A stretch of 13,303 bases of DNA. It comes from Octopus sinensis. Its lineage: Eukaryota. The translations under genes were made by a program, and so were the position numbers. Within the stretch, counting starts at the first letter, position 1. The number at the start of each line of letters is the position of its first letter. The notes under the pieces are model-generated. The model had not been told where the DNA came from, did no database searches, and was given only the letters and a program-made list of their open reading frames with translations. Location of the stretch: assembly GCF_006345805.1 (NCBI RefSeq), contig NW_021826285.1, positions 1-13,303 of the forward strand, in the 5' to 3' direction. Shown here in pieces: positions 1 to 8,335 of the stretch.

Positions 1-282
1 TTTTATTATTTTTTTTCAGCTCGCAAGTTCGTCTGTCCCTTTTAAATGTTAGTGTTTTTCTGTCTGTCTTGAAGCAGACCTTTCCTTTGTAACTGCCTGA
101 TATTTATGATTGATCTTTCTAAATATTTTATTTCTCAACTTACTCAAGATCTTTTGTTGTTTATAAATGGAGAGAGATACATAAAGATAGAGAGTAAGAG
201 AAAGCGAGGGAGAGTCCGAGAGAAAGGAAGAGTAAGAGAGTGGGAAAGTGAGAGAGAAAGGAGAAAGAAACAAAGAGGGAGA

Positions 283-602
283 ATCATCATCATCATCATC
301 ATCATCATCGTTTAACGTCCGTTTTCCGTGCTAGCACGGGTTGGACAGTTTGACAGGGGTTTGGGAAGCCAGGAGGCTGCACCAGGCTCCAGTCTGATCT
401 GGCAGTGTTTCGACAGGTGGATGCCCTTCCTAACGCCAACCACTCTGTGAGCGTAGTGGGTGCTTTTTTCGTGCCGCCTGCACAGGTGCCAGGGGGGCTG
501 GCAGCGGCCACGATCGGTTGGTGCTTTTTACGTGCCACCAGCACAGAAGCCAGTCAAGGCGGCGCTGCAATCCGCCACGTTCGGATGGTGCTTTTTACGT
601 GC
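283..602 (-). mobile_element. SINE-like retroposon with (ATC)n/(GAT)n tail and three internal ~62-67 bp subrepeats
   Basis: (ATC)n run at 283-309 is followed by a body (ttttccgtgctagcacgggttggac...atgcccttcctaacgccaaccact) that recurs, diverged, at 12172-12350 and reversed at ~10540-10710 and ~12725-12915. The motif ggtgcttttt(t/a)cgtgc occurs at 459, 520 and 587. Confidence 0.7.
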
Positions 603-638
603 TGAAAGGAAGCAAGAGAAAGTAACAACCACACTCTT

Positions 639-670
639 ACCCGCGCGTAGAGCGGGTCACCTTCAGCTAG
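639..670 (+). mobile_element. Helitron 3' terminus (subterminal hairpin + CTAG)
   Basis: acccgc(639-644)-gcgtaga-gcgggt(652-657) GC-rich hairpin, a 9-nt spacer, CTAG at 667-670, then T at 671. This is the canonical hairpin/CTRR|T Helitron end. Confidence 0.7.
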
Positions 671-801
671 TATATATATGTATATATATGTGTATATATG
701 GACATGTGTGTGCATGTGTGTATGTAGATATGTGTGTGTATGTGTATGTGTGTGTATGTATATATTTGTGTGTATATGTATGTGTGGGCGTGTGTGTATA
801 T

Positions 802-849
<48 letters not shown>

Positions 850-905
850 ATGTGTGTATGTATATGTGTGTGTGTGTGTATATATATACATATGTGTATA
901 TGTAT
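671..905. repeat. Compound (TA)n/(TG)n microsatellite
   Basis: Alternating TA/TG dinucleotides throughout. Confidence 0.95.
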
Positions 906-1247
906 AAGTGAGAGTCTCCTTATTTACCTAAAACTCTATTCTTCTATTTATTTTTTTATTCTTTTATTTATTCTTTTATCTACTTTACCACTGACTCCTT
1001 GACCACTCCCCTAAGTATGATATTTTTGCGCTATGCCTACCCCCAAATAGTCCCCCACCACCACCCCTTTAAACCTGCCTAAATGTATAAATGCCAAAAC
1101 AATTCTTGTTAACTAGCTTCCTGATGATTTCTCTTGAATGAAACAGTTCTAGTCCTGTAGAAGCTCCTTCTATATAATAAATTAATTTTACTCTGCTATG
1201 TATTGAGTACCTTATTTACTGTGGTTAACCCGAATCAACCCGGGACC

Positions 1248-1250
<3 letters not shown>
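906..1250 (+). mobile_element. Putative solo Penelope-like pseudo-LTR / retrozyme-like terminal repeat
   Basis: Non-microsatellite island between two TA-rich microsatellites, containing in order TATAAA (1086-1091), a hammerhead motif (1115-1165) and AATAAA (1176-1181). Type I hammerheads in animals are typically in Penelope pLTRs or retrozymes. Confidence 0.5.
1115..1165 (+). ncRNA. Type I hammerhead ribozyme
   Basis: Helix I agcttc(1115-1120)/gaagct(1160-1165); core CTGATGA (1121-1127); helix II ttc-tctt-gaa with a U.U opposition at its base; core GAAA (1140-1143); helix III ACAG(1143-1146)/CTGT(1155-1158); cleavage triplet GUA (1157-1159). Confidence 0.8.
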
Positions 1251-1290
<40 letters not shown>

Positions 1291-1309
1291 TTACATACAT
1301 ATGTATATA
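1251..1309. repeat. (AT)n microsatellite
   Basis: Perfect AT run 1251-1289 followed by degenerate units. Confidence 0.95.
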
Positions 1310-1362
1310 GGTTGCAAGACGCAACGAAAATTTTAGGACAATAAAAATAAGAAAAAAGTGGG

Positions 1363-1436
1363 AATTTTACCGGTGAGTGTTTTACATAATAAGGCACAAA
1401 AAGAAGATGATTCTCTCCAGACACAACAGAATTATT
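1363..1436 (+). repeat. Dispersed ~75-bp repeat, copy 1
   Basis: aattttaccggtgagtgttttacataataaggcac...ctctccagacacaacagaattatt closely matches the reverse complement of 5647-5719. Confidence 0.85.
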
Positions 1437-1559
1437 GAACTTAAGTATTACAACAACCAAAAAATTGAAACACATTTTCTTATGCGAATATAGTGTTGCG
1501 TTGACAATTTCAATTCAAAGTTTTTATTCATTCTGCAAATCTTGTCCGTTGATCCCATG

Positions 1560-1845
1560 CTAAAAACGTCCTCATAGACATTGGTTTGAGTTTTACCTGT
1601 AGGGGTGAAAATGATAAAATTGTCTTTGCTTCCCACTCTGGAACCCCAGGATATGTCTGTGTGAAAAGCAACCCTTCTCCAATTGCAAAGCAGTAACTTT
1701 GAATGTCTGATCTTGGTACTTATCAATGGACATCGCAAGAGACTGACGTATTGGAAATCGAAGTCGTTTGAGTTCGAAGGGAATATTTGAAGGTATTAAA
1801 CTTAGGTGATGCATAAATATATCTTCACCTTTTCCAAAGACAAAA
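1560..1845 (-). mobile_element. Degenerate Helitron RepHel PIF1-type helicase C-terminus
   Basis: Two frameshifted ORF pieces join as GEDIFMHHLSLIPSNIPFELKRLRFPIRQSLAMSIDKYQDQTFKVTALQLEKGCFSH...SRVGSKDNFIIFTPTGKTQTNVYEDVF. This matches the Helitron consensus PF.FKR.QFP.RL.FAM.INKSQGQT...FSHGQLYV..SRV...T.N.VY.EV with motif substitutions. Confidence 0.88.
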
Positions 1846-1967
1846 AATATTCTGGCTTCTATGATATTTCTCGTTAATTTTTTGGATTTTCTTTTGTTAC
1901 TGTCTGCTATTCATACAGGCGCACAAGAAGTGTATTAACATACACACTACTTGTCTTTATACTTCTC

Positions 1968-1973
1968 TGTCTG

Positions 1974-2023
<50 letters not shown>

Positions 2024-2049
2024 CATCTATCTATCTAACTATCTATCTA

Positions 2050-2100
<51 letters not shown>

Positions 2101-2149
2101 GTCTATCTATCTATCTATCTATCTAACTATCTATCTATCTATCTCTCTT

Positions 2150-2200
<51 letters not shown>

Positions 2201-2227
2201 CTCTATCTATCTATCTATCTATTTATC

Positions 2228-2279
<52 letters not shown>

Positions 2280-2303
2280 GATCTTTCTATCTATCTATCT
2301 ATC
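1968..2303. repeat. (TATC)n tetranucleotide microsatellite
   Basis: ~335 bp of TATC units with occasional variants. Confidence 0.97.
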
Positions 2304-2589
2304 TAAGGAAAGTGAGAGTAGAGAGGCAAGTTTTGTCGAGCGAATGTTTTAAAAAAAGATGGGTGAATGTAGCAAGAATGGCACGTATGAATGACGAAGC
2401 CACCTTGAGCATAATCCTATGAACCCAGAAATTGAAAACAGAGATTTGCTTATTTGCAAAAAAAAAAAAAAAATATAAAATGTGACTTCATTGACCGAGG
2501 TTACCGTGGTCTTTTCCGTAGGCTTTTCTTTCCACAGGTAAACCTCACCTGTCCTCCCCTTTACACTTCATATTGACATTTCTGTGATA

Positions 2590-2788
2590 ACGATCCCTAT
2601 TGATCAATTTTTTTTTCCTCTCCTCCCTTTTTTAACCCCACCTTTTTTGTCCTCTTTCTCTCCTTTTACGATCCCTTTTGATCGAAACTCCCCCTTTCCT
2701 TTTTTTTTTAAACCTTCAAAAGAAAAGCTCTACCTTGTAATTTGTTCTATCTGTGTGCAGCCCTGTGTGGCTAATAAAGAAACATATA
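2590..2788 (+). mobile_element. Probable retroposon 3' end/UTR fragment
   Basis: Pyrimidine-rich segment with a 16-bp direct repeat acgatccct(a/t)ttgatc (2590-2605, 2668-2683) and AATAAA (2773-2778) running directly into a microsatellite tail. Confidence 0.4.
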
Positions 2789-2815
2789 TATCTATCTATC
2801 TATCTATCTATCTAA

Positions 2816-2849
<34 letters not shown>

Positions 2850-2881
2850 CTCTATCCATCCATCCATCCATCCATCCATCC

Positions 2882-2918
<37 letters not shown>

Positions 2919-3000
2919 ACTATCTATCTATCTGTATATATACATATATGTGTGCGAGGAGAGAGAGAGAGAGAGAGGGAGAGAGAGAGAAAGAGAGAGA
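2789..3000. repeat. Compound (TATC)n/(CATC)n then (GA)n microsatellite
   Basis: TATC/CATC units 2789-2932; GA units ~2958-3000. Confidence 0.95.
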
Positions 3001-3375
3001 AATATAACTATAGATACAGGTACCAAAAAATACCTTAGGAATGTGAACTCAAATTTCCCCAAGACACCTGATGAAGGCTGGAGGGTATACAAAATAACAT
3101 CTAGAATCACTTCCCTTGCGTCATATAAAACCGACGTGAGAGTTTCGAATTGAAATGGGTTCGTTTTTCGCTTGCGAAGGGGACACGAGCATTGGCGCAC
3201 CAACAGACACACATACGCATGCAAACTTCCTGCTGATACCTTTAACAATTAAACATCGACTAGCTTATAATTTACATTTAATTACACGCCACAACTATAT
3301 AAAGTAATAACAATATCTAGTACAACCCTTTGTTATTATTTTGTTTCAGATATGCGTGTCTGAGTATATACACCT

Positions 3376-3582
3376 ATGTATGTATGTATGTATGTATGTA
3401 TGTATGTATGTATGTATGTATGTATGTATGTATGTATGTATGTATGTATGTATGAAGATATATAGACATTTATAAAGGTATATATAAAGATAGATAGATA
3501 AATAGATAGATAGATATATAGATACATATATATATATATCTATATATCTATATCTATATATATATAATATTATATATATATA
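3376..3582. repeat. (TATG)n then (GATA)n/(TA)n microsatellites
   Basis: Perfect TATG run 3376-3453, then degenerate GATA/TA units. Confidence 0.95.
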
Positions 3583-3967
3583 TTTTACTTGTTTCAGTCA
3601 TTTGACTGCGGCCATGCTGGAGCACCAGCTTTAGTCGAGCAAATCGACCCCGGGACTTATTCTTTGTAAGCCCAGTACTTATTCTATCGGTCTCTTTTGC
3701 CGAACCGCTAAGTGACGGGGACGTACACACACCAGCATCGGTTGTCAAGCAATGCTAGGAGGACAAACACAGACATACAAACACACACATACATATATAT
3801 ATATATGTACATGTATACGATAGGCTTCTTTCAGTTTCCCTCTACCAAATCCACTCAAAAGGCTTTGGTCGGCCAGGGGCTATAGCAGAAGACACTTGCC
3901 CAAGATGCCACGCAGTGGGACTGAACCCGGAACCATGTGGTTGGTTAGCAAGCCACACTGCCACTCC
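3583..3967 (-). mobile_element. tRNA-derived SINE, copy 1 (cephalopod-type)
   Basis: Minus-strand head ggagtggcagtgtgg (A-box-like) and GGTTCAGTCCC (B-box, 3917-3927), followed by cttgggcaagtg, an internal CA/TA microsatellite and the 3' end ...ccagcatggccgcagtcaaatgactgaaacaagtaaaa. Colinear with 4123-4544. Confidence 0.88.
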
Positions 3968-4122
3968 AGCGACTATGTTTATATATTTATTGCCTAAACT
4001 GGCAAAATGACCATTCCGAATTATAACCATATATATATATATTATAATATGTATACATTATGGTTGTATGTATATAATATATATAATATTATATATATAT
4101 ATTATTTATCTATATATTGTAT

Positions 4123-4340
4123 ACTCTTTTACATGTTTCAGTCATTTGACTGTGGCCATGCTGGAGCACCGACTTTTGTCCAGTAGATCGACCCGAGGAC
4201 CTATTATTTGTAAACCTAGTACTTATTCTATCGGTCTCATATACCGAACCGCTAAGTTATGGGGACGTAAACACACCAGCATCGGTTGTGAAACTATGTT
4301 GGGAGGACAAACACAGACACAGTAACATACACACACATAC

Positions 4341-4373
<33 letters not shown>

Positions 4374-4544
4374 ATATTCATATATACGACGGGCTTCCTT
4401 CTGTTTCCGTGTACAGAATCCACTGACAAAGCTTTGGTCGGTCCGTAGGCTATGGTAGAAGACATTTGCCCATGGTGCCACGTAGTCGGATTGAACCCGG
4501 AACCATGTGGCTGGTAAGCGAGCTACTTCCCATACAGACACTCC
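4123..4544 (-). mobile_element. tRNA-derived SINE, copy 2
   Basis: B-box GGTTCAATCCG (4487-4497). Aligns by eye end to end with copy 1, with many substitutions and a different internal microsatellite. Confidence 0.88.
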
Positions 4545-4810
4545 TGTTTATTAACCTGACAACAAGTTGAAGGTGAGCTCTGACTGGTTATATGCAAATG
4601 AGTTCATTAATGGCATCCGGAACACTCGTGGGAGAAAAACATTTCGCGGCTGGGTCAAATGAGACGATGCGACCACCTTGGGTATGGGTGGACTGTGCTC
4701 ACACACGCACAAACACCCACACATATAGATACATGCAAAGACGCACACTCGTAGCTATTTATGCTTTAAAAATGTTGACCTTAAAACCGTGACATTCTGA
4801 AGAAATTTTA

Positions 4811-4886
4811 TGAGTGTGTGAGTCAGCCAATATGTGTGTGTGTGTGTCTGTGTGTGTGTGTGTGTGTGCGTGAGTGTGTGTGTGTG
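4811..4886. repeat. (GT)n microsatellite
   Basis: Imperfect GT run. Confidence 0.9.
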
Positions 4887-4982
4887 CTTTCATTTCTGTT
4901 TCGCTGAATTTGTGAAAGAGCGACTGGGAACTTGTTGACATCGATGATAATTTTCGTATATTGCTTCTTCTTTTTTTAATTT

Positions 4983-5022
4983 TTTCAGTCATTAAATTGC
5001 GGCCATGCTGGGTTACCGCCTT
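4983..5022 (-). mobile_element. Short 3'-end fragment of the same SINE family
   Basis: tttcagtcattaaattgcggccatgctgg matches tttcagtcatttgactgcggccatgctgg at 3592-3620. Confidence 0.7.
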
Positions 5023-5646
5023 GCAGTGTTCGCTCAGTTTATATATATATATATGTATATATATACACATTCCTTAAATCGTAGTCTTCGTTTCTGCTGG
5101 GGGCTCTTTCAATAAAGAAGTTTAGCATATAGCATCTGTTTAGGGATCCTCTGATCATTAATCTAAAGAAAATGTCCAGTCCATCATTATTCTCTCTGCT
5201 TTTATAATTTGACAAATTCAACCTCTCTTCTCTGGGCAACATATTTTCCTTTTGATGCTTTTAAAATATGAAAATTACTTTGACAGTCATTGACCAGAAC
5301 AAGACGAAGATCTCAGTCAGTAAAGGAATTTGTCTGGGGTCATCAAAGTTTGAAGTTACTCTTTTTAGTTTTATAAAGTCACTAAAAGTCTTACGTTTTC
5401 TCAATTTATAGAAAACTAACACTTTTATAAATGTGTTTATTGCTACGCATTAAATGTTAAACTAAATTTGCTCCAGCTGGTCTATATAAACAGTAACCTA
5501 TAGCTTTGAACAGCTTTATTATTTTGTTGTGTATTTACATGGCATATAATGTGTGAATAGAATTTCTCCCCCAGTTATCCAAGCAAAAAATCAGAAACTT
5601 ATGTTATCAATTTATTTAGAAGAATTTTGTACAAAGTTTGATACAA

Positions 5647-5719
5647 AATAATTTTGTTGTGTCTGGGGAGAGTCATTCTCTTTTAGTGCCTTATTATTTA
5701 ACACACTCACGGTAAAATT
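5647..5719 (-). repeat. Dispersed ~75-bp repeat, copy 2 (inverted relative to 1363-1436)
   Basis: Reverse complement reads aattttaccgtgagtgtgttaaataataaggcactaaaagagaatgactctccccagacacaacaaaattatt. Confidence 0.85.
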
Positions 5720-6628
5720 TCGTTTTGCTTAATAGTAATTATCAATTTCTGAATAAAGTTTTTTTATCTAATTTAAATATCTTGATTATTTAATTGAAAA
5801 CAATCAGGTTTGTTCACTTCTATCACAAAAGAATTCAATAAAAAGTGGAGAATACTTATGAATCTTCCTTTCCAATTCCGCAAAAGTCTGCTCGGTAGAG
5901 CTTCCTGTCACATCTTATAATGTACATAAAGGTCTCATGTGTTTTACTTATTTAATCTTGGTCTCTGCTGTAAGAACTTGAAATCTAATTTCAAATTAAA
6001 ATAACAGTGGAGTAATATGAAGGTAAATATTGTAAGGAAGAATTGTACTCTTCCTTTATCTGAAGTTATTTAAAAAGAGGGAGACACTGTGGCTTTTCCA
6101 CAATCACATGCAATTAAAACAACAAATGTTGTGTCATTATTTTATTATCTCAGACTTTTTCAGCACAGCTATTGTTTAATTATAATTGTTTTGATTTATT
6201 TTCATAAGTATAATAGTGAAGTTTTATTTTTACTGACGAAAATTTCAGTAATTAGTAAATAACGAAGGTCATAAAGTAAGAATATAAAATTAGAATATTG
6301 TATATTGCACTCAAAACCCCCTGAATTTTTATTCAACCACCGCCACTTTGGAGAGGCCTGTCTTAAACCACAACAGGACAAAGTGAGATATATCCTTAGA
6401 TACATCATGTATTATATAGAAATACTATCTCTATAGGATATATAAAGGGAAAAGGCATCAATATATATATATACCAGGCATTCTACTCTCAGATAAACAT
6501 GAAGGTAGATAACTATCAATATAGTAGAAGATATTAAAGCTGTCTATATAACAATGGGGTTGCTTAGGGGGGGGGGCTAAGATATACAACAACAGCAACA
6601 ACAATAAATGAACATTTCAAAGTTTGTC

Positions 6629-6634
6629 TTTATT
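6629..6634 (-). terminator. Candidate polyadenylation signal of the death-domain gene
   Basis: AATAAA on the minus strand ~240 nt after the stop codon, followed downstream by a GT-rich tract (ttgttgttgctgttgttg, 6587-6604). Confidence 0.45.
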
Positions 6635-6679
6635 TTAAATGTGAATTTTTAACAAAGGAGCCAAACCAGTGAAGGGATC

Positions 6680-6862
6680 ACTATGTGGCTGATATACCTG
6701 CTAGAATTAGCAGCTAAATTCACACGATATCACTGTACAGAAGGCATATTGGACAATGTGGTTGTGGGTTCTCTTTGGAAATAGGCATGATGGTCCTGAC
6801 TGGAATGCGTTTGATCATAAGTCTCTGTTTGGTCAAGGTTAATCTGAGGCTAAACAACAACA
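6680..6862 (+). mobile_element. Probable old SINE remnant with (AAC)n tail, antisense in the 3' UTR
   Basis: Ends in gaggctaaacaacaac. The body (tgctagaattagcagctaaat...ctggaatgcgtttgatcata) resembles a common octopus repeat from recall only. Confidence 0.4.
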
Positions 6863-6875
6863 GTTACACAGAAAT

Positions 6876-7075
6876 TCACTTTGCGTCTAATGACAGACAT
6901 TCCATCGCAGCGAAACATTCAGCTTCTTCAAGAGCTGCACGTAATGTTGCGTGTGTCCGTGTTTCTGGGTCGCAATTTTTGAACCATTCGTAAAGAATCT
7001 GGTAGCCTTGTTTTACAGTGACATTAGACTCATCATCAATTTTCAGTTTAGTTGTATCAACTTCTAAAACAATAA
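6876..7075 (-). CDS. Terminal coding exon of a death-domain protein
   Basis: Acceptor tttcttattgttgtgtcttttgcag| with a phase-1 start. Encodes (V)IVLEVDTTKLKIDDESNVTVKQGYQILYEWFKNCDPETRTHATLRAALEEAECFAAMECLSLDAK*, which fits the DD pattern Q.YQ.L..W......T...L..AL. Confidence 0.85.
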
Positions 7076-7407
7076 CTGCAAAAGACACAACAATAAGAAA
7101 TGAATGCAACAACATTGACAATAACATAAAACGCTGTGTACTGTAGGTTGTTATGAATATAACAAACAAACTTTATCAATAGAGAAGTAAAAAAAGAAAT
7201 AGCTAAGAAACAGGAAAAATATAAGACATTGTTTTCTATTGACAAAAATAACAAAGAGTTTGAATTAAACGAGATTTTTAAAGAAAATTAATTGAAAATT
7301 ATACTTGAGAAAATATATGGTAAACGAGGGCAGGAAAACTTTTGTGAAGGCAAAAGTATATCAGAACCTCAAGAATTAACATTGACCTCCAACAGTGAAA
7401 GCATATG

Positions 7408-7775
7408 ATCCATCCATTTCCTCTGCTCAATATTCTTGAAAGGGCTGTGGGGAAAGAGTCCTCAGGCACCTCCTCCATAGGGTCCTATCAGAAGCATCCA
7501 TCATTAGACATTCTGCTTGTATTCTATGATGTGAAGAACTAAGACTATGGATATCATCCAACCATTTCTTTCTTGGCCTCCCCCTCGGTACCTGTTCCAT
7601 TGGTTTGACTTTGAGAACCTGTCCTGTAATTCATTCCTGCAACACCCTGATCACATGTCCGAGGTACCACAGATGTGGAGGAGATGTGGTTCAACTTGGA
7701 GAGACTCCCAGATCTCTGAACTGTAAATCCTATTGAGTAACATTACTCCAAAGACCCTTTAGAAGAATCCCATAT
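7408..7775 (-). mobile_element. RTE-clade LINE 3' end (Rex3/Expander-like), degenerate
   Basis: Minus translation GFF*RVFGVMLLNRIYSSEIWESLQVEPHLLHI / WYLGHVIRVLQE*ITGQVLKVKPMEQVPRGRPRKKWLDDI shows the RTE motifs W.GH..R and PRGRPR..W.D. The tail is gcagaggaaatggatggat. Confidence 0.85.
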
Positions 7776-8129
7776 ATCTGTCTTATTCTGGTAGATTTCA
7801 GACTGGTATTCAAAAGGGTCATGAAAGTACTGTCCCTCTGTGTCATCTACTACCTTGCAAAGTTCCCAAGAGGACACTGGAAATCGAATGATCAGTGATT
7901 GTCCAACAGTCGATAATTCTAAGTCAAACTCAATCCCATTTCAAACTTCTCCAATGAACTCCAGGTTCGATCAATTCTACAGAGCCTATTCAGTTATTAT
8001 TATGTCAGTCTGAATGAGAGATGCCCCCTGCAGTTCGGCTTGACTTGTGAATGTTCATTTTCTGGTAAATTCCCTTAAAGGAATTCTCTGTTTTCGCCTG
8101 AGGAGAATGATAGGATTTCGCTGTGTCAC

Positions 8130-8235
8130 CTTTATTAAATCTCTTTTTATTGAAGCATTTACAGACATATGTCATGTGGTAAAGTCATTGCAAAATGGCA
8201 AAATAAATTGGAATTATCAGCTTCCAACACAATAA
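8130..8235 (+). mobile_element. Possible LINE fragment (region just N-terminal of RT)
   Basis: EAFTDICHVVKSLQNGK...QLP resembles the F T.EV..A.KSLKNGKAPG.D.LP motif. Confidence 0.4.
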
Positions 8236-8335
8236 CCCAATAAATAATGGCTGCAAGAAGAACCAAACTCAAAGTTTTCTGTTTGAATAAAGATGCTTTG
8301 TTTTAGATGTGAACTTTGGTACTTGTCCTTCATTA

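Noticed and set aside
459-602. Regularly spaced repeats resembling a CRISPR array
   Set aside because: Eukaryotic context, only three short degenerate units with related spacers, inside a retroposon, and no cas genes.
460-1002. 180-aa ORF and overlapping ORFs at 667-911
   Set aside because: They are translations of a repeat element plus TA/TG microsatellite (VCVYIY runs).
1311-1325. Hairpin gttgc-aagac-gcaac as a possible 3' end of the minus-strand Helitron
   Set aside because: Only 5 bp, with no correctly placed CTRR terminus.
2521-2543. Acceptor directly followed by donor (ttttctttccacag|gtaaac), like a recursive splice site
   Set aside because: No plus-strand gene is evident, the donor is imperfect and it lies among repeats.
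1951-2919. ORFs with LSIY repeats
   Set aside because: Products of (TATC)n microsatellites.
3900-3967. tRNA gene-like A/B boxes (also 4480-4544)
   Set aside because: They are SINE heads continuous with SINE bodies; no cloverleaf could be folded.
4592-4599. Octamer motif ATGCAAAT
   Set aside because: Single short motif in AT-rich DNA with no snRNA or promoter context.
5039-5242. 67-aa minus-strand ORF
   Set aside because: No recognisable motif or splice sites, and it ends in a microsatellite.
6230-6251. CTGACGA in the hairpin ttactga...tcagtaa, and other CTGANGA hits (4797, 9632, 10004, 10717, 12498)
   Set aside because: None has the helix II + GAAA + helix III + UH arrangement of a hammerhead.
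7076-7169. Hydrophobic N-terminus of the 97-aa ORF suggesting a transmembrane DD receptor
   Set aside because: It is the T-rich intron 3' end upstream of the acceptor at 7076; the true upstream coding sequence is the exon at 8646-8717.
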